NCBI RefSeq assembly: GCF_009914755.1
Contig: NC_060929.1
Origin: the human T2T-CHM13v2.0 reference genome, Homo sapiens
Strand: one strand, 5' to 3'
Length of the DNA: 64,000 nucleotides
In this document: in pieces, positions 43,126 through 57,150 of the stretch
Layout: every line of letters starts with the position of its first letter
Position numbering within the stretch: position 1 is the first letter of the stretch
Position numbers and translations under genes: made by a program
The notes under the pieces: generated by a model
Databases searched by the model: none
What the model saw: the letters and a program-made list of their open reading frames with translations, nothing else
Told to the model about the DNA's origin: nothing

Positions 43126-43280
43126 ATTACAGAAAAGGGGTCCCAATCCAGACCCCAAGAGAGGGCTCTTGGATCTCACGCAAGAAAGAATTCAGGGTGA
43201 GTCCATAAAGTGAAAGCAAGTTTATTAGAAAAGTAAAGGAATAAAAGAATGTCTACTCCATAGACAGAGCAGCCCCAAGG
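43126..43280 (-). mobile_element. MER41 LTR 3'-end fragment
   Basis: GGGGTCCCAATCCAGACCCCAAGAGAGGG..AAAGCAAGTTTATT..CAGAGCAGCCCCAAGG. Confidence 0.85.
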
Positions 43281-43679
43281 CATCTTGGCTGATACAGATT
43301 ACCTTGGACTTTCTTTTCCATGTGGCTGGTTTTTGCCTACGACTGAAGGTTCTTCCTATTTTTTCCCATGACTGATGATGTTCATTCATATTTAACAACA
43401 AAAACCTGGGTGACTGGTGTAGCTTTCTTCTGCCATTGTGTAAGTAGATCTATATTCCAAAAGGCTCTCTCTTTGAGGGAATTCTGACTGGGAAGTCTAT
43501 TCAAATGACTGAAGCATATCAGTGACAGTTTTGCTTTAGCCTGCTTTAGAATAAATGAAGGGCCAGCCTCTGTTAGGTAGTAGGTCTACCACAGGCAATA
43601 GCACACAGCTAGGACCTTAAATTTTCCTTTGAGTTCATTTTTGTTTTACAAAATACCCCCTCTGTTTTTGCTGATTGTT

Positions 43680-44117
43680 TGGATGGTAGGTTGGTGGATT
43701 GGTTGGTTGGTTGGTTGGTTGGTTGGTTGGTTGGTGGGTTGGTTGGTGGGTTGGTTGGTTGGTTGGTGGGTTGGTTGGTTGGTTGGTTGGTTGGTGAGTT
43801 GGTTGGTTGGTTGGTTGGTTGGTTGGTTGGTGGGTTGGTGGGTTTGTTGGTTGGTGAGTTGGTTGGTTGGTTGGTGGGTTGGTTGGTGGGTTGGTGGCTT
43901 GGCTGGTTGGTGGGTTGCTTGGTGGGTTGGTTGATGGATTGGTTGGTTGGTGGGTTGATTGGTTGTTTGGTAAGTTGGTTGGTTGCTTGGTTGGTTGGTG
44001 GGTTGGTTGGTGGGTTGGTTGGTGGGTTGGTTGGTTTGTTGGTTGGTTGGTTGCTTGGTGAGTTGGTTGGTTGCTTGGTTGGTTGGTGGGTTGGTTGGTT
44101 GCCTGGTTGGTTGGTTT
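43680..44117. repeat. (GGTT)n / (AACC)n degenerate tetranucleotide tract, about 440 bp
   Basis: Direct reading; interspersed GGTG, TGCT and GAGT variants. Confidence 0.97.
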
Positions 44118-44169
44118 ACAGATAAGTCTCAGGCATTTTGCCATTCTGCATACAGAGCTGTGAGAGACA

Positions 44170-44299
44170 GCTGTACTTTGTACCCTGCATGAAATATGCC
44201 CAATGGGAAAACCAGTTCATGTTCACTTTCTTGATTCCATAAACACCCACATGTATTCATAGTAAGTAGAGTTTTAACATAATTCCTATGAGAATTGCA
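44170..44299 (+). repeat. Copy 1 of a 130-bp direct repeat
   Basis: Aligns without gaps to 45806-45935. Confidence 0.92.
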
Positions 44300-45805
44300 C
44301 CCACCTATGTAGTTGTTCCATAAGTTGTTCTTTAATTAGTACCCCTTACTCCTGTCCTATCCTATGGTTTGATGTAGAACCTAAAGTCTCTTCAAGTTTC
44401 TTGGCTCTTACTTGCTCTACTACCTCCCATAGCATGTTCTGGGCTTCTGTCATTCAACACATTTCTGTTCTCTATCTCCCGGAAATTTATTAAACTGATT
44501 AAACTTTCTTATCTATTGGCTGCCCAACTCTCCTTGTCCTTATCCTGGCCTTCTCACTATGGGTTAGCAACTTCTATCCTTTTTTGTCCCCAGTGGGCTT
44601 TGGTGACTCAAAAGGCAAACATGTGCTCAACCTGCCATCTTCTAACCAAAGCACATATTTTAGAGTATATCATGTTACACTCCTGCAGAACCTTTCTGAA
44701 AGAATGCATCACACACTAATAATGATATCAATATCAAAGTCAATTATCTGTGGAGTCAAAGTCAATATCTGAGATTGGAATCCAGTTTTCCACAGCTCCA
44801 AAAGTTTGAGTGTATCATTTTTTTCTGGTTTGCAGGAAGTTTGATGGCATGTCTTTATATCATGGCCATGGGCAGGACTTGGAAAAAGTTTTACCACTAA
44901 AGCATCTATGAACTCAAGAAAGAAAACACTGGCTATGTACAATGATGACTGTGATCTTTTAAATTTATCTCAAATAGCGAACCTACCAGTCATAGTAAGT
45001 ATTTCATTACTTTTTAATCCAGTTACATAGTTTTAATGCCTAACTGTAAAATAATACATGACTCTGTAGAGAAAAAATGAAGTTGAAGTAGTCTATGGAA
45101 TTTATAAATCCAGCCCTTGTGATTGGAATAGAGTTTGACAAATGGGTCTCCTGGAAACTCTTTCTTTCATTACCAATGTTACTACAGCAACATGAACAGC
45201 AGTCCTGATTTTAGGAGAAACTAATCTCTAAATTTGAATTCCCATGATACTCAGATGGAGAGAGGAGATAGAAGAGATTTTCTGAATAATTATTTTTAAG
45301 ATTACAGAACTATCATCTGTGTATTGTCCCAGCTTCCAACCTCCATTTCACAAATTAAAGTAGGACAGAGTCTAAGGGTTTGACACAAATCCTGGTGCAT
45401 CAGAGAATGCCACAAACTATGTGGCAAAACTCCATAGGACACTTGAGCAGAGAAACAAAGGGTGGGGTCTTGTTTTGTAGGTGAATTGTTTAACCTCCTG
45501 CTCTAATGAAGTACCTAGCAACAGGAGAGGATAGTGAAGGCCCAGAGGGCAAGTAGCCTCCTTCCTCATACTAAACACTGCACGGTGAGCCTCAGAGTCA
45601 TTCCTCTTGCCCTGGGGAGCCAGGCCCTCAGGTGCAGACTTACATCCCTCTTTGCTTGCAATGAAAGTCCAGAATTAACTGTTGCCCTTTCTGGCAGCAG
45701 CCGCCAGCTATTCTGGTCATACTACCTCCACCATCTACCGCCTTTCCCCAAGGCTCTGACCTTAGTGGCTGCCTTTTCCACAGAAATCAAGCATTTCTGA
45801 TCACT

Positions 45806-45935
45806 GCTATACTTTGTACCCTGCATGAAACATGCCCAATGGGAAAACCAGTTCATGTCCACTTTCTTGATTCCATAAACACCCACATGTACTCATGATA
45901 AGTAGAGTTTTAACAAAACTCCTGTAAGAACTGCA
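45806..45935 (+). repeat. Copy 2 of a 130-bp direct repeat
   Basis: Aligns without gaps to 44170-44299. Confidence 0.92.
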
Positions 45936-47997
45936 TAGATGCAATACTAGGTAAAAAAAATTTTTAACCTATCCCTTAAAATGTTTCCAGTGTGGACATA
46001 TTTTAAAGCTCTCCAGGTGAGAGAGCAACTACTTATTTGCAAGGTGGTGCTGGGCACTTATTCCCCTACAGTCACTTGATGGCCCATATTTATCTCATTA
46101 CACTTAAATGGATAATGAGATGTATCCAAAAGAGAAAAGACCACACGGGAGGAAATTCTGCATGAGACTGTCACAAAGCAACCTAGGCAGAAAATAACAG
46201 ACTATTATGAAATGCTAAACTGGAAAATAAATACCTGAACACCACATTTGCACTGTAACAGAGATAGAGAGTGGCACTGAACATTTAAGCTCTAATCAAT
46301 CTAAAAAAGAACACCCAAACTATTCAAAGCAAGGCTGGAGACCCGTTTGAGTTGGCAGAGGGTTTGCTTTCAGTGAGTTGGAGTATTTTCTGCTCAGGCT
46401 TAGATTTCTTGTCTTTTTGCAGATGTTCATTGTAAGTCCATTTTCGCAGAGACTAATACTTATTCTTAAACAAATAGTGAGTGTGTGTGTGTGTGTTTTC
46501 TGCAAAGGGAAGAAAGAGCCAGTTGTAGTTCATGACCCCGCTTACACATGGTCAAGATGGCAATAGCATATTCCTGGAAGGGCTTTGCCAACTATTGCTT
46601 TGGTTGCCTTTTCACACCCGTGATTTAAACTGTTCAGTCAGCTAAAATGGATAACAAGTGACCTGGTGCAAATTCCAGGAATTGGCAGGACAAGCTCCAG
46701 AAAGCACTCAGCCAAATGACTTCGCAGTTCTATTAGACAACCCACAAATTCTTCTGGGAACGGGCCAGAGACCCGTTTGACAATGAGCATTTCTGATTCA
46801 GGGCATCTTGAAGCCCATCTTCAAGTGAAGTGAGAGCATTACTTGAGAAGTGAGTCATTTTCAGGGCTGAGGAGTAGCTGTGCTTTTAATTTATCTATTG
46901 AGCTTCAGTCATGATAAGTAATAATCTTATAGAAAATATCAGTTCTTCACTAGGATATTCATACCCTGAAGCAGAGTGAGTGGTTTGCGGGCTTCCTCAT
47001 AGGACTCAGGAAAGCCTGATTTTAAAGTGCTAACTAAGAATGCCCACAGACCTTTTACAGTCATTCTAATACAAGAGAACAGTGAGACTTGGTACCTAGT
47101 TTTTGAGTTTGTTGATCTTGTTTTCTCTGGTAAGGACACTAAAATATAACTCATAAATGTGTTATTGATTTATAAGAGTGAGAAAAATTGAGTGTTTTTT
47201 GAATGCCTTTCATCTCCCATAATTAAATTTCTGAGTGTGCTGATGCTCACAGGAAAGGAAGGAAGGAAGGGAATGGAAGTTTTCTGAACAATTAGCAAGA
47301 TCTGATCATGTGTCCTGGGCTTCACACACTTTATCACATTTAATTCATACACCGCTCTAGGAGATATTTGACATTATTACTTCAATTTTATTTACAAATT
47401 TAGCTCTCTAAAGTCACAACATTAGTAAGTTTTGTCTAAACTTTCTGAGAAGACCATACTTCTCCCATGATCTTTTTCCTTCAACCAACTCAAAACTATT
47501 ATCTAAAAATAAAGTGGTAATTTTTCTTCTTGAACCACCTTAAACATGAAAACACCATTCGTTTTACTCTTGTAGATTACATTATATTACATTAAGCCAT
47601 GAAAGATCAGAGAAACTCATTGTCGTATTCTTTGTTTTATTTTTTGTGGTTGCAGCTTGCTTCTTTGTTTTATAGATTGAATTCAGGATTAATGCTCAGT
47701 CTACTTCCAAGGTAACCCAAAATAATTGACAAACTAACGCACCATATTACATTTACATCATGAATAGAACTTAGCTGGTCAAAAGGAACTAATTCATTCA
47801 GTCAGTCAGTCATTCAACAAATATATATTAACTAAGCACTTCTCTGGGAGTCATCTTACCAGGACCAAGATTAACCTATTAGTATACCTAAGTATGCAGT
47901 AATATCCTGGTAACAAAGGGGAGAGGGAAATATGATATATTACAAAATTTGCATATTCTAATAAGTTAAAACTTATTAAAATGAATATTAGTATGGA

Positions 47998-48298
<301 letters not shown>

Positions 48299-49629
48299 TC
48301 AATAAATTTCACATAAGAAATAAATGATTCCCAGAATAAAAATCAAGTAAATTAGTCATATGGATTTTCATAGAAGGGACATTGAGTAACCCAGTGGATA
48401 AAACCAAAAGTGCCATTTTGAAAAGGACAAGGCATGCTGTCCAAATAGATAGTTCTTAAATCGATCCTCCATACACTTACGGTTTATAAGAATTAAACTC
48501 TTGGTCATCAAACAACATGGATCAATAACTGGCACAGAGAAGCATTTCTGAACCATCAGACAACAGTACAAGCTTTCAATCCCCACATTACAAGGGAAAA
48601 GGATCTTCCCCCCACAAATTTGTTTTTTCAAAAGTGAATTCAGTAAATGATGATACCAATCATCTATTTTTTAAATGCTATGGTATGCTATCAAAAGCCA
48701 GATATGCGTTACTTCTAAAATATTCGACATAAAGCACAAGCAGTAGGGATTGTTTAGATTTTGCTTCGTGGGGTTTGAGCGACAATCCAAGATACAGAAA
48801 AAGGGGAAAAAATGCCTCAGACATTTATAAAGAGCACCATTCATTTCTTTGCAATAGAAATGATTCTTCCAACCTCCAACAAGACCCTACCTACTTTTTC
48901 CTAATTTGGAATTGAGAAGGGATAGAATGTAGTGAACAATTCTTCCAAAAATGCAAGAAAATACTATAATACAAATGTAATAACACGATAAGATGAGGGC
49001 TGTGGGCATACCTGGAAAAGTCTGTTTCCTGGTTCTTTTCTTCTTAAAACATGACTACTTTTCTCAGACCTCTCCCTACTTGACATTCTGCAAGCATTTG
49101 GCCTTTTTGACAACCCCACTCTTTTTTAGCGTCTGTCCTCATTGCTTTTAAGATGCAAGTGCTCTAGTGATTATCTGCTGCTCTTTTGGACCATGCCTCT
49201 CACTCTTATCCTGGTTTCTCTCAACAATATACCTGGACTGTTATGCCCCAGTGCCCCCATCTAAAACAATGTCATCTGACCCTCTGCTCTGCTCAATCTA
49301 AACTCTTTTGAGGAAAACTTATTCATTCCTATTGTTTCCATTGTCACCTCAATTTCTCTATGAAAACACTCTTTCACAGAGCTGCAACTCGAACTGTGTC
49401 CTCTGAGCTTCTGGCATCTCAAACACAACATGGCAGAAACAAAACACACTCCCTGGCACAGTGCCTCATGCTACATGTCATAGAACAGGTAGCATCATCA
49501 CCATTCTCCTAGATATGCAGATAAGTTATTTACATGTTGTTAGTTTTGCCTCAACAGTTTCTAGAAAGGTTTTAACCCCTTTTGGCCATGGACCTCTTTG
49601 AGAATCCAATAAAAGCCATGTGTCCTTGT

Positions 49630-49971
49630 GGTGATCATGAACAGGAGCCTCTCTGCTCTCCTGGCTGCTGTGCTGAAACATAGAGCGGCTGCATTGGCAC
49701 CTAGCCTCTGCTTCTGACAGCCTGTTCCCAATTACTAAACACGGCAGGAATACTAAGCACAGCCATTCCTGGAAGAGTAGAGGCTCCTCCGATGGGTAAT
49801 TTGGCTGGAGGATTCCCCCTTAACCCTCCTTCCTTCCTTCCTTCTCTCTCTGAGAGCTCGCTCAGCCCCTCCCAGCATCCCCTCTGTTTTCTCCCACAGG
49901 CATTTCTCCTGTGAAATGTCTTGAATGTTTAATCCCATCTTGGCATCTTCGCTGGGGGATGCTAGCTAACA
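49630..49971 (+). mobile_element. LTR16-like ERVL LTR
   Basis: 3' end TTTAATCCCATCTTGGCATCTTCGCTGGGGGATGCTAGCTAACA resembles the LTR16 terminus. Confidence 0.55.
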
Positions 49972-50077
49972 GAATCCTCTCCCCAGTTACATTCATATGT
50001 GACTCCCACAAAATCTGACACATAACCTTTGAGATCTGTGCAGCCCCTCAGTCCACCCATGGGCCTTGTTGGGATCA

Positions 50078-50478
<401 letters not shown>

Positions 50479-51566
50479 TCAGGCTTTCACTTGGTACTTA
50501 GCACAGTCTTAGATTTATCTTTCACCTCCAACATGTCTCCTTTCCAATCCATTCATCATGATCCTTCCAGAACTTTTTTTCTAAAGAGAAACAAAATCAT
50601 TTTCATTACACTCCTGTTCACCAACCACCAACTGCTTGTCATTACTTACAAGATGGCCCTCAAACAAGGTTGTCTCTGCTTCACCCAACCTTCTCCTTTC
50701 CCTACCAACACCCCTTTACAGCCACAAGGAGATTCTTCTCATCCATTAGGTTGCTCCCATGCCCTAAAATGGACTTTCCCACGGTTTTACCAATTAAAAA
50801 TTCTTCTCTTTCTTTTAGACCCAATTTGACTGCTACCTCTTCCCTGAAGTCTATTTTCTACCTTTCTCTCAACGCTCATCACAAATGGTTCCATGAGAAG
50901 CTGCCTTCCCCAGTACGCTGTAGATTCCACAGACGATTTAGTCACCATTTCCTCCCACACAGAGCAGTGCCTTTCCCAGAGCAAGTGCTCAGTAAGTATT
51001 CATTGACCTGACCTCCACCCAAATGCATGGAGAATAAACTCAAGGCCCATCACACGGATGTATAAGACTTTCCACAATCCTGTTCCACATAGCACCCTCC
51101 CAACCTATGGCAAGGCTGTCCTCAAGAAGCCTCACACGATGATTTTTGTGCTGGCAAATTGACCACCATCCAGTGTCTGATACTCAATCTCAGAAACCAA
51201 AAATGGATCTTTCCCTTTAGCCAAACTCATTGGTATGATGTAGAAAACCAGAAAGACAGTTTACCATGTCATACTAAGCAATTCCTGTTGAGGAGACTAG
51301 AATACTTGAACTGTCTCTGATCAGCACTTCTCTCTCCATAAGCAAATCTAGAAGGAAGGCTAAGTTACAATCAAAAGAATGCATGATGAGTATAAAAAGA
51401 GAAGAAGAATTGGATTAATGGAGTATTTAATAACATCATTTATTCGCTCCTTTGTTCATCTAATTGAGCATCTACTCAGGCTCTCTGATGCTGCCTCTCC
51501 TGATGCCATGCTCTTCTTGCCAATGAAACCAAAAAATTAGAAATCATTTGGTTAAAACTCCCTCTT

Positions 51567-51728
51567 GGAGGGCATTAGGACAAATACCTAATGCATGTGA
51601 GACTTAAAACCCAGATGACAGGTTTATAGGTGCAGCAAACCACCGTAGCACATGCATACCTATGTAACAAACCTGCATTCAGCACATGTATCCCAGAAAT
51701 TAAAGTAAAATAAAAAATAAATAAAATG
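51567..51728 (+). mobile_element. 5'-truncated primate L1PA 3' end
   Basis: GGTGCAGCAAACCACC..TATGTAACAAACCTGCA..CACATGTATCCCAGAA..AAAGTAAAATAAAAA; TSD TTAAAACTCCCTCTT / TAAAAACCCCCTCTT. Confidence 0.9.
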
Positions 51729-54350
51729 TTTAAAAACCCCCTCTTCCCTGACAGAGTTGGATGGGGACAGCTAAATTTCATTTGCTAGGCTCCTTAGACT
51801 GACTAACCCTTCTTCTTCTGATTGTTTTTTTGCCATGTGTTAATTTTATAGATTGTATCTTGTTACACTGCAATCCCCTGGGCCAGGGAATGGCGTTTAT
51901 TTTAGGGTGGGCTTGTGCATCTATGCTCTGACAGATTATGCACTGGCAGGCTTCTTACCTCCAGTTCTTGGGGGAGTGCATCACTGTGGCCTCCTTGCTA
52001 TCCTCCACTTGTCTGCTTCATGGAGTTTTCATCCCAGCCAGCCTGCTAGGTTTGTTCTGAAAACACACCTCACTCTACTCTGCTGTAGTACATTCTTCTT
52101 ACCTGGACCCCACTTCCCTCCCCCTCTAGCTCTCCAAAGCCTGCCCCGTACTTCAAGAATCAGGTCAGACTGCAGTTCCTTCATCTGCTCCCTCCAATTA
52201 TTCCATCCCATTTGCAAATCCTCCCTTCGTAGAAGGTCCATACGTACTGAATGCCATGTATTGGTCATTTTACCCTGTGCTGCCAGAGCTTTTATTTAAC
52301 CCTCTACTGAGTGAATACAATGCACCATCAGCTAAATCATAAACTGTTTAAAAACATGGATATTGCCTTATAAAGTCACCATTCAGAGAGCCATCATGCA
52401 CTTGCAGAGACAGAGAATGCCTTTCCCAGTATCCCCTTCCTGGAGCCCTCTGCCATCATGATGTTGTTCCTCCTAGAAGATTCCTCATGGCTAAGCCCCA
52501 CTCCAACCTTGTCATTCTTCCCACTCACTATGTGCCCTTCTGCCAAAGTCTAGGCTTAAACCTTACTGGCCCCACCCCCTGCCTCCTGTCCCCCAGCTTC
52601 TGTCTTGCCCCCACCCTTTACTCTTTCTTATTACCTTGGAAGCAATCTATTTCCTGCCCCCAACCAGCTCCGTCAAGCACTCTGGCCCCCAGCCTGGGAA
52701 CTGTAACCCCAGGCTCCCCATCTTCCACCCCACCTGTGCCTCTACCCCCTAAAAATCTGTGTTCTTGCTGAATGTGTTGCCCGTGATGTAACTATTCCCC
52801 ACCCTCCCTCCCCAACCCTAGCTGAGAGGAAATCACCACTGGAGATCCCAGAAGCATAACAATTGTCCCTTCCAAGTAGCAAGAAGTTACTTCATCTTCT
52901 CATCAGGACAAGGTTTCCAACTCTGTTGCCTCTGCAGGGGTGGATTTGTGGATCCTGAATTCTGGCAGCTGTGTGATCCACACCTTGGCTAGCACCAGAG
53001 GTCTCTGGCTAAGTGCTATGACAGCAGGGATTCTCCAAGGCCAAGCCCATGGGGTTCAGGCCAGGGATGATCAATCATCAGGCGAAGGTTCCAGGACATG
53101 AAGTGCATCACAGGTGCTCTCCAGGAACAGGTACCCAGCCATGCAGGACTAGGAGAGGCCCAGGGCAGCCCTGATTCTCACATGTCCACCCACTGGCAGG
53201 AGCTGACAGCTGTGCATGACTAGCTCTCAAAGGCCCAGCTGCATCCTGCCTCCTCCTGCTTCTGTTGAGTCTGGCAGCTACAAGCAAGAGTATGGGAAAG
53301 CAGAAGACAGGAAGACAGGTGAACTCATGGAAGACGGAGGCAGAGGGGAAAGTAGAGGCTCTGCAGACCCCATCATGGAGAACAAGAAACCGAGTGGGAG
53401 CTTATCAACTTCAGCCTTACCCCAGGACGCACTCTCAACCAAGTTTACTCTCTGAACAGCTCTGAAACTTTTGGTTCAGTCGTGGCTGAACCAACAGGAA
53501 ATCAAGGGAAATGGCACTTATTTATTATGCAGCCGTAGGCCAATTCCCCAGATGTCACTATTGCACTTCCAGGCCTTTTGCTTAGGCAAAGAAACAGAGA
53601 CCGAAAGAGACTTCTGAGACAACAGCCAGCAAAGAAGCTCACTGCCTTTTGAAGGGATTCTCCTCCCATGGGAGAAGAGCTGCTCTGGTCACTTCTACAA
53701 GTTCTAGCTGACCAGGCAGGGCCCTGGCTGAGATCTTATTTGGGGACTGATCCTCTACCCTCTTCTCTCCACAAATCAGTGAGCTTTGAGGGGAACTTGA
53801 CTGCCACCAAACATGAGGCTTTAGGACTGGAGAAGCTGGCAGACAATGGGGTCCCCAGTGATGCCCCTCAGATGGGGCAAAGATATTCTCAACTACACCT
53901 CTGTCAATGGTATTAATGGTTTTTAAATGGTCTGTCCATTTTTTCATTAAAAAAGACACAGTATTAAAAACTTGCCTGGAGTCAAACAGCTAGTAAGAGG
54001 CAAAGCCAGGTCTTGAGCTTGGTTTGTCAGGCACATAACCACTCTACATTATCTTGTAAAGGTCAAAGAAATTTTTTTCTTTTTATTACCTTAAATCTAT
54101 TTTAATGGGAATCTTTCAGAAATGGAGCCTTATTTCCATAGATCTGAAAATAGAAAACACTGAAGATATTGACACCCCCTCGTTCCTATTCCCTAGCCAC
54201 TGAACAAAAACAGCAGTTTCCTTCCAGCAGCCGCTGTTTTGGTGTAATCCCAATTTAAGTCACTAAGCTTCAAAAATGCACCCTTCTGTCCTGCAGGCCT
54301 TGATGACAGGTGAAGATGAGGAGATGGAGGACTCAGTCGGCCTGCACTGC

Positions 54351-54672
54351 TTTCTTTTTTTCTTTTTTTCTTTTTTTTTTTTTTTTTTTGGAGACAGAGT
54401 CTCACTCTGTCACCCAGACTGGAGTGCAGTAGCACAATCTCGGCTCACTGCCACCTCCATCACCCCAGTTTAAGTGATTCTCATGCTTCAGCCTCCTGAG
54501 TAGCTGGAACTATAGGTGTGTGCCGCCACGCCTAGCTAATTTTTGTATTTTTAGTAGAGACGGGGTTTTGCCATGTTGGCCAGGCTGGTCTTGAACTCCT
54601 GACCTCAGGTGATCCACCTGCCTCGGCCTCCCAAAGTGCTGGGATTACAGGCGGGAGCCACCGCACCCAGCT
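54351..54672 (-). mobile_element. AluS
   Basis: Full Alu reverse complement. Confidence 0.93.
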
Positions 54673-55066
54673 TAAAACATTATTTAATCTTGAGCTTACA
54701 AATAAATTTATGATCAATTTTAATGCGTATCATGCATGCCCTAGAAAACAGCATTTAGCCAGGCCTTGATTCAGAGTTCTTATCGTGAATACACAGTATT
54801 TGGTTTTTTAATAAAATTATGGTTCTAGGTCTAGAATTTTTTTTATTGTTATAACTCTGGACCTAACATGTCACTGGTTCCAGCTATGTCTCTAGCTATT
54901 CTGAGACATTCCTTTTCTTTTTCTGTCTTAGTACATACACTGCTTCCCATCTGAAGAGCAGGAGAACTGAGACTCGCACACTTGTTGAAAAGCCTGGACA
55001 AGAAGAGTTAGTAAGTCTGAGAGAGAAACTAAGGAATTACATACCTGGCTTTATTTGAGGCAGGAG

Positions 55067-55401
<335 letters not shown>

Positions 55402-55949
55402 TGAGGCAGGGTTTCTTAAGTGAGGCGCTTTAAAACTCACTTCTTTGGCAGGGCTGTATTTTGGAGAGTTGAAGATGTAAAGCTGGTAAGTGAGAGTCTC
55501 CCCTCTTTAGGTAATCCCACAGCATCCCAAAGGAACAGAGGTGATCTTTTGTTTATTGACAACCAACTTGGACTCCTAAAAGCCACCATCTACTTGAGGC
55601 CTTTCCTTGAAAAGACCTCACCTTTCTAGTTACGCTAGTGGTATTTTAGCTGAGCAAAAAATATGTGAACAAAAAGGACAGAAATATAGTATACAGCCGT
55701 TACAACTTTATTCCTGAAACTACATTTCAGTCAGCAGAGTGTAAATGACTTATCTGTGCAACCCAGACACATCTGCTAATGTAGCATTCCAATTCATTTG
55801 GGTAACGTTGGACCTAGGAGATGTTCCTTCATATTTCTTTTGTGTCAATCATCTCTCGTATCTTGACTTTCTTTTGCTAGTCCTGTCCACAGATGCCTTG
55901 TATTCAAACTAAAGGCGAAGATTCCATTCAGAGTCCTCTTCCAAACACT

Positions 55950-57150
55950 GTGGCTTCCATTCTAAAATACCATGACTAGAGTTGAATAATCCTCACAGCC
56001 AGCGATTTATGGCCCAAATCCCTCCAAATTACATTCGATAACAAGTAAACCCTTCTGATTCAGAGGCCCTCCAGTTAATTAACTATAGGACCCAGCTAAA
56101 ATCATTTTTGGCAGATGTTGTACAAAACGTAACTGGTACATATCCAATTACATAAAACAGGTACATTTATTTAGAAACTAAAATAAGGACATCGTTCAAT
56201 TAATGCATCCTGACAGTATCAAACTGCTTTGATCAAAACTATGTTATCTTTGGGAACATTATCCAGGTTTTATATGGTCATTGAGGAGAACTAGTACCAA
56301 CTGCTCTAACAGTTTACGGGCCCAAAGCTTCTTCTCATGCTCTATAGAGTAAAATTTTCAGGGCTTCATTAATCATTTTTTCAATCACCAGAAAAGCCCC
56401 CAGAACTATTTCCCAACAACAATTCTAGCTTTCTGCATCTTGTCTCCATGAAGTGGTCAACCAGCTATCAATCCAAGTAGATGCCATACTTTGCCTACTC
56501 ACATTTCATTAAAAAGTATCAAATTTCCATGTTTTCTTTTTATTTCCAAAGGATATAGTTCCATCCTCAACGGACACACTGTCTCTCTAAAATATAAAAC
56601 AGTGTCTGAAAATAGAGTCAAACTATCAACTGGCCAATTCTTATCAAAACCACAGGTTAGGAAAAATGATGTCAATGAACAATTATTTAAAATACATAAG
56701 ATAGGTTGAGTGTGGTGGCTTATGCCTGTAATCCCAGCACTTTGGGGGCCTAGGAGTTTAAGACCAGCCTAGGAAACATAGTGAAATCCTGCCTCTATTT
56801 AAAAAAAAAAATGACCCGATGCCAATGCCATATAGTCTATCCCTTGATCCAATTTGACATCAACACAGTTCAGCACAGAACTGAACCAAGCCCTCTGCAG
56901 AATTCCCTTCTCTGAGCTGTATTGTAGGTGCTAAGGCCCTGGCATTAATCAAGAGACACTGGAAGAAAAGCCTTATGATACTAAATGCTATGTTTATTAT
57001 AGGAATATTGCTTGAAGACATTGCCTTCTCGGTCATTCAGTGCCTCCTTTATGACCCTACTGTGAAATGAACTTTGGAATCCATGTTAACATAATCTATA
57101 GCCACCCAGAGAGATATAAGCCTTGTTAAAATCATAGGTGTCACTTACTC
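55950..57150 (+). mobile_element. Possible ancient non-LTR retrotransposon fossil (RTE-X / L4-like ORF C-terminus)
   Basis: Decayed peptides KPYDTKC (from 56968) and EDIAFSVIQCLLY (from 57014) resemble the LINE C-terminal PY..RLC..C..ED..H...C.LY knuckle; pattern recognition only. Confidence 0.4.
56704..56811 (+). mobile_element. FLAM / Alu left monomer with an internal deletion
   Basis: GGTGGCTTATGCCTGTAATCCCAGCACTTTGGG..AGGAGTTTAAGACCAGCC..A-run. Confidence 0.8.

Noticed and set aside
41303-43280. Two same-orientation MER41 pieces read as the paired LTRs of a provirus
   Set aside because: No gag/pol or MER41 internal sequence between them, and their diagnostic segments differ
43629-44192. 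Several long ORFs (up to 169 aa, PTNQ or WLVG repeats) on both strands
   Set aside because: The (GGTT)n repeat lacks stop codons in most frames; no splice or start context
44170-45935. Direct repeats read as LTRs of a new small retroelement, or as CRISPR-like repeats
   Set aside because: No TG..CA ends, primer-binding site, polypurine tract or flanking TSD; only two copies; eukaryotic context
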